Source: an uncultured Gemmataceae bacterium (GTDB taxonomy: Bacteria > Planctomycetota > Planctomycetia > Gemmatales > Gemmataceae). Taken from it: DNA of 64,000 bases. The notes beneath the pieces are model-generated. The model had not been told where the DNA came from and did not search any database. It was given only the letters and a program-made list of their open reading frames with translations. Shown one piece after another: positions 8,811-20,597 of the stretch. Within the stretch, counting starts at the first letter, position 1. Every line of letters begins with the position of its first letter. The stretch is from contig CAVVPN010000003.1 in the NCBI GenBank assembly GCA_963750165.1, positions 992,001-1,056,000 of the forward strand, in the 5' to 3' direction. The position numbers and the translations under genes are program-made.

Positions 8811-11405
8811 ATGCGCATCGGCCTGTGCGTGCTGGTCTATTTGGGATGCGTGACCGTCGCCGGCGCTCAGCCGAAGGCCGCGGCCCGCGTGGATGCCCTG
8901 GGCGACCCCTTACCCGAAGGCACCGTCGCTCGCCTCGGCACCACCCGGCTGGTGCATCTCCCCGGTTCCATTGGTGGACTTGCCCTCTCGCCCAATGGCA
9001 AGCGCGTGGCGACCGCCAGCAAGAACCCCAGGTTTGCAGGCCCTGGTCAACTCCTGCTCTGGGACGCCGCATCCGGCCGAATGCTCCGCGAAATTGCCAT
9101 CCCGGAGAACAGCAATTATCACACCTTGCGCTTTTCTCCGGACGGCAAGTTGCTCGCCCTCGCCGGTAATAACACGATCGGGCTCTGGGAGGTGGAGACC
9201 GGCAAACTGCGTGCGCGGTTGACCCACAACAGCAAGCCCCCTCTGCAACCGATCCGATACCTCGATTTCTCCCCCGGTGGAGACATCTGTTTGGCCGTCC
9301 ACGTCGGTGCGGCCGCCAGTAAATGGGACATCAAGACCGGCAAACTCCTCCAGCACCTGGACAGCGCCAGCGTTGCGCCGCTGCTTCCGGAAGCGAAGGC
9401 GATAAAGATGGATCAGGCGGCGGTGGAAATCATCTATTCGCCCACGGGCACGGTGGCGGCCTGTCTGGTGGTCACCGCGGGGGGGACCGAGAAGCAGACG
9501 GTAGAAACCAGCCGCGTCTATTTTGTGGACGCCGTCAAGCAGACGCTCTCCCATCAATCGGAGGTCATCCCACAAAAAATTGTGCAGCTACGGTTTTCCC
9601 CGGACGGCAAACGGTTGGGTGCGATGGCCGAAAAGAAACTGTGGCTCCTCGACGCCGCCACCGGGAAAGTGCAGCTGACCATTCCGGACTTTTTCGGAGG
9701 GTTGGCGTTTACCGGCGACGGCAAGTGGTTGACCGGGTACTCGACAAGTCGTGTGCAGGTCTGGGACGCCGCCTCGGGGAAACCCCTGCGGCAACTGCCG
9801 GGCACCGCCCACGAGTATGCGCTGGCCAGCAACGGCCGGGTGGCCACCGCGGACTTTCAAACGGTTCGCTTGTGGGATGCCGGCACGGGCAAGGAAACGC
9901 GCCTGGCTCCCGGGCACCGCGATGCCCCGGAGTTGCACTTCCTGCCGGACGGCACCCTGGTGACTGCTGATTTTGAGCCGAAGATGATCGCCTGGGAACC
10001 GCGCACCTGGACGGTGAAGGAAGAGATTCGTCCGCTCCGCGAACAGGGGCCGGACGCGCCCTGTCCGATGACCAAATTGTGGGTGCGCAAGCAGGACGGC
10101 TTTTACCAGTTGCGGGACGGCGTCACGGGCAAGCTGGTGCGGAACCTGGTGGCTGCCCCCAAGGAGGACGAACTGTTTAGCGGGCGCATTGCGCCCAACG
10201 GCAAGGTGCTCGTTTTGAGAACGTCCCCAAAGCGGCACGTGTTCGAACGCCTGCAGTTCTTCGAGGTCGCCACCGGCAAGCCCCTCGGGAAGCTGGAGAA
10301 CCTGAAGCACATCCTCACTTTCGACTTAACCAACGGGTTCGCGCAGGGCGGCGACCGGTTTGCCTATCAGAACGATGACGGCGGCTTCACCCTGGTGGAC
10401 GTGCAGACCGGAAAATCACGTCGAGTGCAGGTGCCGCCCCGGGGAGCCGACAGCGAATTTGCGCCGAGCACCCCCCGCTTCCATCGCTTCTCGCCGGACG
10501 GCCGGTTCTTCGTCACGTTGCCCAACGGCGCCTATGCCTGGTCTGGAAAAGACAGCACCATCGTCGTGACGGAGGTGGCCACCGACAAAGACATCCGCCG
10601 CTTTGCGGTCCCGCCGCTGCCCGATTCGGATCGGGCCAGTCTCTGGTATTTCGCCGTGTCGCCGGACAATCGGTTGCTCGCGGGGAGCTATTTCGGCGAC
10701 AAGGACATTTATTTGTGGGAAATCGCCTCGGGTCGAGTGCGCGGCAAACTCGCCGGCCACAAAATCTTTGTCTGGTCCGTGGAATTCTCCCCGGACGGGA
10801 GGTTGCTGGCGTCTAGCAGCACGGACACGACGGTCCTGATCTGGGATGTTCGGCGTGCGTTGAGCGGCAAACCCCGCGCCGTTGGCCAGCGCACGCCCGC
10901 CGAACTGGCGACGCTGTGGAAGGACCTGGGCGAACCGGATGCCATGCGGGCCGATGACGCCATCTGGACGCTGATCCACACGCCCCAGCAGAGCGTGCCG
11001 TTGCTCCGCCAGCGGGTGCAGCCGATCAAGGCGCCGCCCGTGGGTCAGGTGGAACGCCTCATCGCGGACCTGGACAGCAAGGTGTTCAAGGTGCGTCAAC
11101 ACGCGGAGACCGAATTGGTGGCACTGCAGGAACTGGCCGTGCCGGCGTTGGTCAAGGCACTGGCGCGCACGGACCTGTCACTGGAACTGCAACGGCGGCT
11201 CCAGAGCATCTTCGCCCGGCTGCCCCAACCGACGGAACCGCCCGCGTGCCTGCGTGAGCTGCGAGCGCTGGAAGTGCTGGAGCGGATCGATACCGCGGCA
11301 GCGCGCGACGTGCTCCAGAGGGTCGCCGCTGGCGCGCCCGGTGCCCGCGTGACGCAGGAAGCGGCGGCCTGTCTACGCCGCCTCCAGAACCCGTCCTCGA
11401 AGTGA
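8811..11405 (+). CDS. Secreted WD40-repeat protein with C-terminal HEAT-like region (Gemmataceae type)
   Basis: AAGGAG RBS, signal peptide, DALGDPLPEGTVARLGT motif, many FSPDG..LA..LWD repeats. Confidence 0.88.
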   Translation: MRIGLCVLVYLGCVTVAGAQPKAAARVDALGDPLPEGTVARLGTTRLVHLPGSIGGLALSPNGKRVATASKNPRFAGPGQLLLWDAASGRMLREIAIPENSNYHTLRFSPDGKLLALAGNNTIGLWEVETGKLRARLTHNSKPPLQPIRYLDFSPGGDICLAVHVGAAASKWDIKTGKLLQHLDSASVAPLLPEAKAIKMDQAAVEIIYSPTGTVAACLVVTAGGTEKQTVETSRVYFVDAVKQTLSHQSEVIPQKIVQLRFSPDGKRLGAMAEKKLWLLDAATGKVQLTIPDFFGGLAFTGDGKWLTGYSTSRVQVWDAASGKPLRQLPGTAHEYALASNGRVATADFQTVRLWDAGTGKETRLAPGHRDAPELHFLPDGTLVTADFEPKMIAWEPRTWTVKEEIRPLREQGPDAPCPMTKLWVRKQDGFYQLRDGVTGKLVRNLVAAPKEDELFSGRIAPNGKVLVLRTSPKRHVFERLQFFEVATGKPLGKLENLKHILTFDLTNGFAQGGDRFAYQNDDGGFTLVDVQTGKSRRVQVPPRGADSEFAPSTPRFHRFSPDGRFFVTLPNGAYAWSGKDSTIVVTEVATDKDIRRFAVPPLPDSDRASLWYFAVSPDNRLLAGSYFGDKDIYLWEIASGRVRGKLAGHKIFVWSVEFSPDGRLLASSSTDTTVLIWDVRRALSGKPRAVGQRTPAELATLWKDLGEPDAMRADDAIWTLIHTPQQSVPLLRQRVQPIKAPPVGQVERLIADLDSKVFKVRQHAETELVALQELAVPALVKALARTDLSLELQRRLQSIFARLPQPTEPPACLRELRALEVLERIDTAAARDVLQRVAAGAPGARVTQEAAACLRRLQNPSSK

Positions 11406-11517
11406 ATGCACGCACGCCGTTCGCTATAATCAACCGCGGCGCGAACGTCCGCCGCGGCGCCGCTGTCATTAGCGCGGGCGACGACCTTTTTCACGACCGA
11501 TTTGCAAGGACAAACTC

Positions 11518-13302
<1,785 letters not shown>

Positions 13303-13318
13303 CGCGTGACCCTGGGGT

Positions 13319-13378
13319 GTAGCGGAAGTCGCCAGACTTCCGTCCGGCACTGCTCGGAAGTCTGGCGACTTCCGCTAC
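13319..13378. repeat. GTAG-headed REP doublet (family B, GTAGCGGAAGTCGCCAGACTTCCG)
   Basis: Two inverted copies; related doublets at 33969-34028 and 58731-58781. Confidence 0.88.
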
Positions 13379-13395
13379 CCCAAACGCCACGCGCT

Positions 13396-13543
13396 GGTTA
13401 GCAACGCCGGGCGCCGGCCGGCCCGGCCCTGCACGGCAGGGCACCACCTGTCGCGTTGGGTGTGTAAAAAACGTGAGATGAAACGGCAACTCCTGTGTTC
13501 CCACCGAGTTATTTCATCTCACCCCCGTGAGATGAAACGCCGC
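13396..13543 (+). repeat. Dispersed 148-nt structured repeat, copy 1 (candidate ncRNA or MITE)
   Basis: Aligns end to end with the reverse complement of 25815-25962; terminal hairpin TTTCATCTCAC-CCCC-GTGAGATGAAA. Confidence 0.85.
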
Positions 13544-13595
13544 TGCCTGCCCAGGCGGGACCGGGGCAGGCGAACCAAAAGGTTGGAGGACCTGC

Positions 13596-13904
13596 ATGAG
13601 CGACGGCCCCGTGCGCAAGGTGCTGCGGAACTGGCGCGAGCGCCACCGCGACCCGTTCAACTTCTGGATCCACCTGATTGGCATCCCAATGGCGGTCGTC
13701 GGTGTGGTGCTGCTGTGCGCGCTGCCCTGGGATCAATGGTACTGGGGCGCCGGCGCCTTCGTGCTCGGCTACGTCCTGCAATACATCGGCCATTGCGTTG
13801 AGGGCAACGACCTCGGCGAATGGGCGGGCGTCAAACGGCTACTGGGTTTGCCCTACGTCTCCATTTCGCCGCGCTGGCAACAGCCCACCGCGGAGCAGCG
13901 CTGA
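13596..13904 (+). CDS. DUF962/Mpo1-like small membrane protein
   Basis: GGAGG RBS; H..P.N..IHLIGIP and LQYIGH..EGN motifs. Confidence 0.8.
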   Translation: MSDGPVRKVLRNWRERHRDPFNFWIHLIGIPMAVVGVVLLCALPWDQWYWGAGAFVLGYVLQYIGHCVEGNDLGEWAGVKRLLGLPYVSISPRWQQPTAEQR

Positions 13905-13924
13905 TGCCTGCCCTGCCGACTTTA

Positions 13925-13955
13925 TTCATCCTTCATCCTTCATTCTTCATCCTTC
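13925..13955. repeat. Heptamer tandem repeat (TTCATCC)n
   Basis: About 4 units read directly. Confidence 0.75.
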
Positions 13956-14149
13956 CGAAGTCCGCCGTCATACACGGCACGTCCGGCAAATTTCACCCAA
14001 GTCCACAGCGGCGGACGGCCGATACAGTTCACACCTACATCTCAGAGTGCGCGACGGCGGCGCGAGGGGATCGCGTGCCGAAAAGTGCGGATACCATTTC
14101 AGGCGTGGACCGCCGCCCTCCGGGGCTGTCCGTTCTGACGGGGTGAACC

Positions 14150-16525
14150 ATGATGCGCTGGAAAGCAATGGTCCTGGGGTTGGCCCTGGCCGTCACCGCC
14201 TTCGCGGGGTGTACGCAGACGTGCTTCATGAACAAAGAGGATCTGGACGCCTTTACCAAACGCAACATCCTGCCGCCAAACTGGGATCGCCGCCCGGACC
14301 TGAGCATCGTCCCGGACAAGACCGAGATGCCGCCGCCGCCGGATGTCAACAACCCGGAGCGGGAGCCGCACTACCTGACGCTCCACGAGGCCATCGCCCG
14401 GGCCCTGGAGAACGGCGTCATCGGCTCGACCAGCGTTCGCAACCTCGGTGTCGATACCATCGACCTGACCTACACGGCCAACGGCGGCTCCTTCGGCCTG
14501 CCCCTGGGCACGCTCAGCATCCGCGTTTTCGCCCTGGAACCGGCCATCGCCCAGGCCAACATTGAGGCCCAGCTGGCGCGCTTCGACGTGACCGCCCGCG
14601 CCATCTCACAGTTTACCACCAGCGACCCCAACCCACTCGCCCCGGGCCGCTTCCAGTCGGGCCAGTTCTTCCAGGGCGGCATGAGTTTGGAAAAGCCGCT
14701 GTCCACCGGCGGTATCGCCGCCATCGACTTCGGTAGCCCGACGACGCCCAACCTGTTCACCGGCGGCAACCTGTACAACAACTTCACCAACCAGTCGTTC
14801 CTGAGCGGTGCGGTCAACCCGACCTACACCCCGGACCTGCACTTCGTCTTCAACCAGCCGTTGTTGCAGGGCTCCGGCGTCGATTACAACCTGCTGGCAC
14901 CGGTCCACCCGAACTCCAACCAGACGCAAAACTTCGGCGTCGGCGGCACCGGCTCCGCCTTCCAGGGCATCCTGGTGAGCCGGGTCAACTTCGACCAGAC
15001 GCGCATCGACCTGGAATACCGCGTCGCCTTCATGCTGGTGAACGTCGAGACCGCCTACTGGAACCTGTACGGAGCCTTCGTCAACCTCTACAGCAGCGAG
15101 CAGGCGTTGCGGCAGGCGTTCGAGGCCTGGCGCATCAGCAAGGCCAAGTACGAGGCCGGCTCGGTGGCCATCACCCAGTTCGCCCAGACGCGCGGCCAGT
15201 ACGAGCAGTTTCGCGGCGACCGCATCACCGCTCTGGGCCAGGTGCTGGAGGCGGAGCGGACGCTGCGCCATCTGATCGGCCTGCCGGTCGAGGACGGCAA
15301 GCGCCTGGTGCCGGTGGACACGCCGACGCTCACGCCCTACATCCCCGACTGGCACACGGCCGCCAACGAGACGCTGGCCCTGCGGCCCGAGTTAATCAAC
15401 GCCCGCCAGGATCTGAAGCTCCGCCAGCTGGAACTGACGCGCATCCGCAACCAGCTGCTGCCGCAGTTGAACCTGAACTCGAACTACAACATCCACGGCC
15501 TGGGCACGTCGCTCAGCGGCGACGGCGTGGTCACCGGCACCGGTGCCACCGGAACCCCGGTCACCGAGACGAGCAACGCTCTGCGGAGCATCGCCGGCCT
15601 GCACAATGCCGACTTCACCCTGGGCCTGACGTTCGCCATGCCGATCGGCTACCGCTTCGCCAACGCCCAGGTCCGCCAGGCTCACCTGCGGTTGGCCCAG
15701 GGCTATTTGGGGTTGAAGGAACAGGAGCAGCGGGCGCTGATGTACCTGGCACAGCAGTACCGGACGATCATCGAGAAGTACCAGGCGATCCAGGCCCGGC
15801 GGGCGCAGCGGCAGGCGTTCGCCGAGCAGGTCGAGGCCCGCTTCAAGGAGTTCGTGGCCGGCAAGACGACGGCCGACTTCCTGCTGGAAGCACAACGGCA
15901 GTGGGCGGCGGCCCTGAGTTCAGAGTTCCAGGAGATCGTCAACTACAACAACGCTCTGGCCCGCTTCCAGTTCGCCAAGGGCACCATGCTGCAGCACGAC
16001 AACGTCATCATCTCCGAGGGCATGATCCCGCAGTGTGCCCAGATCAGCGCCGTGGAGCACGAACGGCAGCGGAGCCACGCCCTGGTGCTGCGCGAGCGTG
16101 CCGCGCCGATCCCGGCCCCGAACTGCGGGCCGGGCAACCAGAACTGCGGGCCGGGTTGTGCGGTCCTGCCCAACCTGCCCGAAGTCAGTGCTCCGTCGCT
16201 GCCGGCCCTGATGGGCGGGGCGCCGCCGGTGCCGGAGATCAACCCGACATCGCCGAAGGACAATTTGCAGGTGCGGAACGTGCCGGCGCTGACCGTGAAC
16301 GACAAGGACGCCCCGCCGGTTCGCCTGCCCCAGATACTGCCGACCACGGCCGCCGGCCCGTCTCCGACGCAGACGGCGCCGCCCGCCATGCCGACGCTGC
16401 CGCTGGCGTCGTCGGCGCTGGTGCCGACGACGCCGCCGCTGCCGACGATACCGGTCGCGGTGCCGCCCGCGGTGGTGCCGGCGGTGCCACCGGTGCCGGC
16501 GACGCCGGTCACGCGGATGCAGTGA
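14150..16525 (+). CDS. TolC-family outer membrane lipoprotein with Pro-rich tail
   Basis: Lipobox AFAGC; LTLHEAIARALEN, NVETAYWNL, LALRPEL and LLPQLNL efflux-protein-like helical repeats. Confidence 0.8.
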   Translation: MMRWKAMVLGLALAVTAFAGCTQTCFMNKEDLDAFTKRNILPPNWDRRPDLSIVPDKTEMPPPPDVNNPEREPHYLTLHEAIARALENGVIGSTSVRNLGVDTIDLTYTANGGSFGLPLGTLSIRVFALEPAIAQANIEAQLARFDVTARAISQFTTSDPNPLAPGRFQSGQFFQGGMSLEKPLSTGGIAAIDFGSPTTPNLFTGGNLYNNFTNQSFLSGAVNPTYTPDLHFVFNQPLLQGSGVDYNLLAPVHPNSNQTQNFGVGGTGSAFQGILVSRVNFDQTRIDLEYRVAFMLVNVETAYWNLYGAFVNLYSSEQALRQAFEAWRISKAKYEAGSVAITQFAQTRGQYEQFRGDRITALGQVLEAERTLRHLIGLPVEDGKRLVPVDTPTLTPYIPDWHTAANETLALRPELINARQDLKLRQLELTRIRNQLLPQLNLNSNYNIHGLGTSLSGDGVVTGTGATGTPVTETSNALRSIAGLHNADFTLGLTFAMPIGYRFANAQVRQAHLRLAQGYLGLKEQEQRALMYLAQQYRTIIEKYQAIQARRAQRQAFAEQVEARFKEFVAGKTTADFLLEAQRQWAAALSSEFQEIVNYNNALARFQFAKGTMLQHDNVIISEGMIPQCAQISAVEHERQRSHALVLRERAAPIPAPNCGPGNQNCGPGCAVLPNLPEVSAPSLPALMGGAPPVPEINPTSPKDNLQVRNVPALTVNDKDAPPVRLPQILPTTAAGPSPTQTAPPAMPTLPLASSALVPTTPPLPTIPVAVPPAVVPAVPPVPATPVTRMQ

Positions 16526-16670
16526 CCGACGGACACCTGGATGAGAATGCCGGGGCGGCCGATCCCCCCGCCCTTGCCAGCCCGCGGCCTTGTGCCGCGG
16601 GCTGATTGTTTTGCGGCTGGCGGAGGACTCGTCCGAGCCGCGCTACGCCGCCAGCGGCAGAAAGAAGGCC

Positions 16671-17639
16671 ATGCGCGTCTTCGTCTACGAATACACCTGT
16701 GCCCGGAACGCCGCCGAACTGCCGCCGTCGTTGTGCGCCGAGGGCGCCGCCATGCTGGGGGCGCTGGTCGCGGACCTGGAGCGCGGCGGCGCCCGCACCG
16801 TGACGCTGCTGCACGCCGGCTGGCCGCACGACCCGGCCACGGAGGAGTCGGCATTTTGCGAACTGGCCCGTACCGCCGACTGGACCTGGGCGGTCGCACC
16901 GGAGTTCGGCGGCCTGCTGGCGGAGCGCTGCCGCTGGACGCACACCGCGGGCGGCCGTTGGCTCGGCCCGACGCCGAGTGCGCTGGAGCTAACGGCGGAC
17001 AAGCTGGCGCTGGCGACGCACCTGCGCCACCACGGGGTGCCGACGCCCGCGTGCCAGCTGGCGGCCAGCGCAACTGCGCCCGTGTTTCCCGCGGTCTGCA
17101 AGCCGCGCTACGGCGCCGGATCGCAGGCGACGTTCCTGGTGCCCGACGCCGCGGCGCTGGCGGCGCTGCTGGCCGAGCCCGCGGTGTTGCGCCCGGAACT
17201 GCTGGGCGAGCCGCTGTTGCAGCCGTACCTATCCGGCATCCCGGCGAGCGTCACTTTTCTGATCGGGCCGCACCAGACTCTGCCGCTGACACCGGCGCTG
17301 CAACACGTCGCCGAAGCGGACGGCTTTCGCTATCTGGGAGGTGAGCTGCCGCTGGCCGGAGCGCTGGCGGCGCGGGCGGTGGCGCTGGCGGCGCTGGCGG
17401 TCGCGGTGGTGCCAGGGCTGCTCGGCTACGTCGGCGTCGATCTGCTGCTCGGCGACGCGGACGCAGTGCTCGAGATCAACCCGCGCCTGACGACTTCCTA
17501 TCTCGGCCTGCGTGCCCTGTGTCGCGACAACCTCGCCGCGGCGCTGCTGCGGCTGCAGCGCGGCGAAGACCTGCCGCCGTTGGTCTGGCACGGCGGCCGG
17601 GTGCGGTTTGACGCCGCCGGACAGATACATTGGGGGTGA
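16671..17639 (+). CDS. ATP-grasp protein, MfnD (tyramine--glutamate ligase)-like
   Basis: VFVYEY, EGAAML, APE, DKL, KPRYGAGS, GYVGVDLLL, LEINPRLTTSY. Confidence 0.8.
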   Translation: MRVFVYEYTCARNAAELPPSLCAEGAAMLGALVADLERGGARTVTLLHAGWPHDPATEESAFCELARTADWTWAVAPEFGGLLAERCRWTHTAGGRWLGPTPSALELTADKLALATHLRHHGVPTPACQLAASATAPVFPAVCKPRYGAGSQATFLVPDAAALAALLAEPAVLRPELLGEPLLQPYLSGIPASVTFLIGPHQTLPLTPALQHVAEADGFRYLGGELPLAGALAARAVALAALAVAVVPGLLGYVGVDLLLGDADAVLEINPRLTTSYLGLRALCRDNLAAALLRLQRGEDLPPLVWHGGRVRFDAAGQIHWG

Positions 17640-17713
17640 CACTTGCGCAGCCCCGGCGGACGGTTCTCGTTACAATGTCCGGACGCCGCCCACGTTTGCC
17701 AAGGAGTCGCAAG

Positions 17714-18862
17714 ATGAAGCAGCGGTTGCTGACGCCCGGCCCAACGCCCGTGCCCGAGGAAACGCTCCTCGAACTGGCCCGGCCGGTCTACTACCACCGC
17801 TCCGCCGAGTTCCGCCAGGTGCTCGCCGAGGTGCTGGAGGATTTGCAATACGTCTACCGTACCCGCAACCCGGTGGTGCCGTTGACCTCTTCCGGCACCG
17901 GCGCGTTGGAGGCGGCGCTGGTCAACAGCGTGCCGCCGGGCGGCAAGGCCATTTGCCTGATCGCCGGCCGCTTCGGCGAGCGCTGGCGCAGCCTGTGCCA
18001 GGCGTTCGGCGTCGAGAGCGTGAACGTCACGGTGCCCTACGGCCAGGCGGTGCCGCCCGAGGCGCTGGCCCGCGCCCTGACCGACCACCCCAACGCCGCC
18101 GTGGTCTGTTCGACGCTGAGCGAAACGTCCACGGGCGTCGCCAATGACGTGGCCGCCTACGGTCAGCTGGTGGCGGAAACGCCGGCGCTGCTGCTGGTGG
18201 ACGCGATCAGCGCCCTGGGCGTCATGGAGTGCCGCACCGACGAGTGGCACGTGGACATTTGCTGTTCGGGCTCGCAGAAGGCGTTGATGATGCCGCCGGG
18301 CCTGGCGTTCGTGGCGGTGAGCGACAAGGCGTGGCAGGTGATCGAGCAGAATCCGCAGCCGCGGACGTTCTACTTCGACCTGAAGAAGGCGCGGACGAAG
18401 TTGGAGACGGGCGACACGCCGTACACGCCGGCGCACACGCTGGTGCGGGCACTGCGGGTTAGCCTGAAGCGCATTCGGGCGGAGGGCATCGAGAACGTGT
18501 GGGCTCGGCAGGCACGGAACGCCGCGGCGGCACAGGCCGGATTCCAGGCGATGGGGCTGGAACTGTTCGCGGCGCGGCCGGCGACGGGGTTGACCGTGGC
18601 GAAGATGCCGCCGGGCGTTGACGGCAACGTGCTGTTGTCGAAGCTGGAGAAGCAGTATGGGTTGAAGCTGGCGAACGGGCAGGATCGGCTCAAGGGCAAG
18701 ATCATCCGGCTGGGGCACATGGGCTACATCGATCAGTTCGACGTGCTGGCGGCGCTGGCGGGCGTGGAGTTGGTGCTGCACGAGTTGGGGCATCCGCTGG
18801 AGCCGGGCGTCGGCGTGACGGCGGCGCAGCGGGTGTTCGCGGCGGCGGTGACGGCGAAGTAG
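17714..18862 (+). CDS. Class V PLP aminotransferase (alanine-glyoxylate/serine-pyruvate family; probable SerC substitute)
   Basis: LTPGPTPVP, SGTGALEA, ETSTGV, VDAIS, GSQKALMMPPGL, RLGHMG; directly upstream of serA. Confidence 0.9.
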   Translation: MKQRLLTPGPTPVPEETLLELARPVYYHRSAEFRQVLAEVLEDLQYVYRTRNPVVPLTSSGTGALEAALVNSVPPGGKAICLIAGRFGERWRSLCQAFGVESVNVTVPYGQAVPPEALARALTDHPNAAVVCSTLSETSTGVANDVAAYGQLVAETPALLLVDAISALGVMECRTDEWHVDICCSGSQKALMMPPGLAFVAVSDKAWQVIEQNPQPRTFYFDLKKARTKLETGDTPYTPAHTLVRALRVSLKRIRAEGIENVWARQARNAAAAQAGFQAMGLELFAARPATGLTVAKMPPGVDGNVLLSKLEKQYGLKLANGQDRLKGKIIRLGHMGYIDQFDVLAALAGVELVLHELGHPLEPGVGVTAAQRVFAAAVTAK

Positions 18863-18887
18863 TTTGAAATGCTCGCACCCAGCTGGC

Positions 18888-18935
18888 GCCCGTTTACGTT
18901 TCGCGCTGGCGGCGGTCGCGCGAAACGTAAACGGG
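18888..18935. repeat. Intergenic palindrome
   Basis: CCCGTTTACGTTTCGCGC ... GCGCGAAACGTAAACGGG. Confidence 0.75.
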
Positions 18936-18974
18936 GTCATTTTTATTCAGTAGCCCCAGGGAAGGCTGCCACCC

Positions 18975-20597
18975 ATGCCACGCATTCTAATCAGCGACAA
19001 GCTCGAATCCTTCGGCCTCGACCTGCTCCAGCAAGCCGGCCTTGAAGTCGATAACCGTCCCAACCTGGGCAAGGACCTCCCCGCCCTGAAGGAGGCCCTG
19101 CAGGCGGCCGACGGCGTCATCATCCGCAGCGGCACCACGCTCACCGCCGACCTGCTCGACCAGCCTGGCAAGTTGCGCGCCATCGTCCGCGCCGGCGTCG
19201 GCGTCGATAACATCGACGTGGCGGCGGCGACGCGGCGCGGCATCGTCGTCATGAACACACCAGGTGGCAACACCGTCAGCACCGCCGAGCACACCGTCGC
19301 CATGCTCCTGGCCCTGGCGCGCCACATCCCCGCCGCGGACGCCAGCCTTCGCCAGGGCAAGTGGGACCGCAACAAATTCGTCGGCACCCAGCTGGCCGGC
19401 AAAACCCTCGGCGTCGTCGGCCTGGGCCGTGTCGGCCGCGAGGTCGCTCGCCGGGCACTCGGCCTCGACCTGAAGGTGGTCGGCTTCGACCCCGTGCTCG
19501 CGCCGGAGCGCGCCGCCCAGCTCGGCATTGAATCGGTGCCCGACATCGACGCCCTGCTGCCGCGCTGCGACTTCCTCACCGTCCACGTGCCCGGCGGCGC
19601 CGAAACCGTCAACCTGATCGGTGCCGCCCAACTGGCGAAGCTCAAGCCCGGCGCCCGCGTCATCAACTGCGCCCGCGGCGGCATCGTCAACGAGGAGGCG
19701 CTGGCCGAGGCGCTGAAGTCCGGCCACGTCGCCGGGGCGGCGCTGGACGTGTTCGTCAACGAGCCGCCCGGCGACCATCCGTTGCTGAAGCTGCCAAACG
19801 TCGTGGCGACGCCGCACCTGGGCGCCTCCACGGCGGAGGCCCAGGAGGCGGTGGCCCGTGAGGCCGCCCAGCTGATGACCGACTTTCTGCTGCGCGGCGT
19901 CGTCGGCTTCGCGGTCAACATGGCCGCGGTGGACCGCACCGAACTGGCTGAACTGCGGTTGTACGTGGACATGGCCCACCGTCTCGGTCTGCTGCACGCC
20001 CAGATGGCGCAGGGATCGCTGCGGCGCGTCGAACTGAACTACCGCGGCGACGTTGCCAACCGGAGCACGCGGTTGGTGACCGCGGCGTTCGCGGCGGGGC
20101 TGCTGGAATCGCGGCTCGCGCAGGACGTGAACATCGTCAACGCCGAACTGCTGGCCCGTGAGCGTGGCATTGAAATTGTCGAGCAGTTGTCGCCCAAAGC
20201 TGGCGACTTCCGCACGCTGATTCGCGCTCACGTGACCACGGAGAAGAAGAGCTACACCGCGGCGGCCACGCTGTTTGGCGATCAATACCTGCGGCTCGTG
20301 CAACTGGGGCCGTACCACCTCGACAGCTTCATGGACGGCGTCATGCTGCTGTTCACGCACCGCGACGTGCCGGGACTGATCGGCTTCATCGGCACCATCT
20401 TCGGCAAGTATCAGGTGAACATCGCCCAGATGACGGTCGGCCGCCAGGTGCCGGGCGGCGAGGCCATCGCGGTGCTGAACCTCGACAGCCCGCCGCCGGA
20501 GGAGGCTCTCCAGGAGGTGCGCGCCCACCCGCAGATCAGCAGCCTGAGCGTCGTCAAACTGCCGCCCGCCGGCGCCATGCCGAAGTGGTTCGGTTAA
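18975..20597 (+). CDS. serA: D-3-phosphoglycerate dehydrogenase (long form with ACT domain)
   Basis: RAGVGVDNID, GLGRVG, NCARGG, AALDVF, TPHLGAST.EAQ, C-terminal ACT (DVPGLIG). Confidence 0.96.
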   Translation: MPRILISDKLESFGLDLLQQAGLEVDNRPNLGKDLPALKEALQAADGVIIRSGTTLTADLLDQPGKLRAIVRAGVGVDNIDVAAATRRGIVVMNTPGGNTVSTAEHTVAMLLALARHIPAADASLRQGKWDRNKFVGTQLAGKTLGVVGLGRVGREVARRALGLDLKVVGFDPVLAPERAAQLGIESVPDIDALLPRCDFLTVHVPGGAETVNLIGAAQLAKLKPGARVINCARGGIVNEEALAEALKSGHVAGAALDVFVNEPPGDHPLLKLPNVVATPHLGASTAEAQEAVAREAAQLMTDFLLRGVVGFAVNMAAVDRTELAELRLYVDMAHRLGLLHAQMAQGSLRRVELNYRGDVANRSTRLVTAAFAAGLLESRLAQDVNIVNAELLARERGIEIVEQLSPKAGDFRTLIRAHVTTEKKSYTAAATLFGDQYLRLVQLGPYHLDSFMDGVMLLFTHRDVPGLIGFIGTIFGKYQVNIAQMTVGRQVPGGEAIAVLNLDSPPPEEALQEVRAHPQISSLSVVKLPPAGAMPKWFG

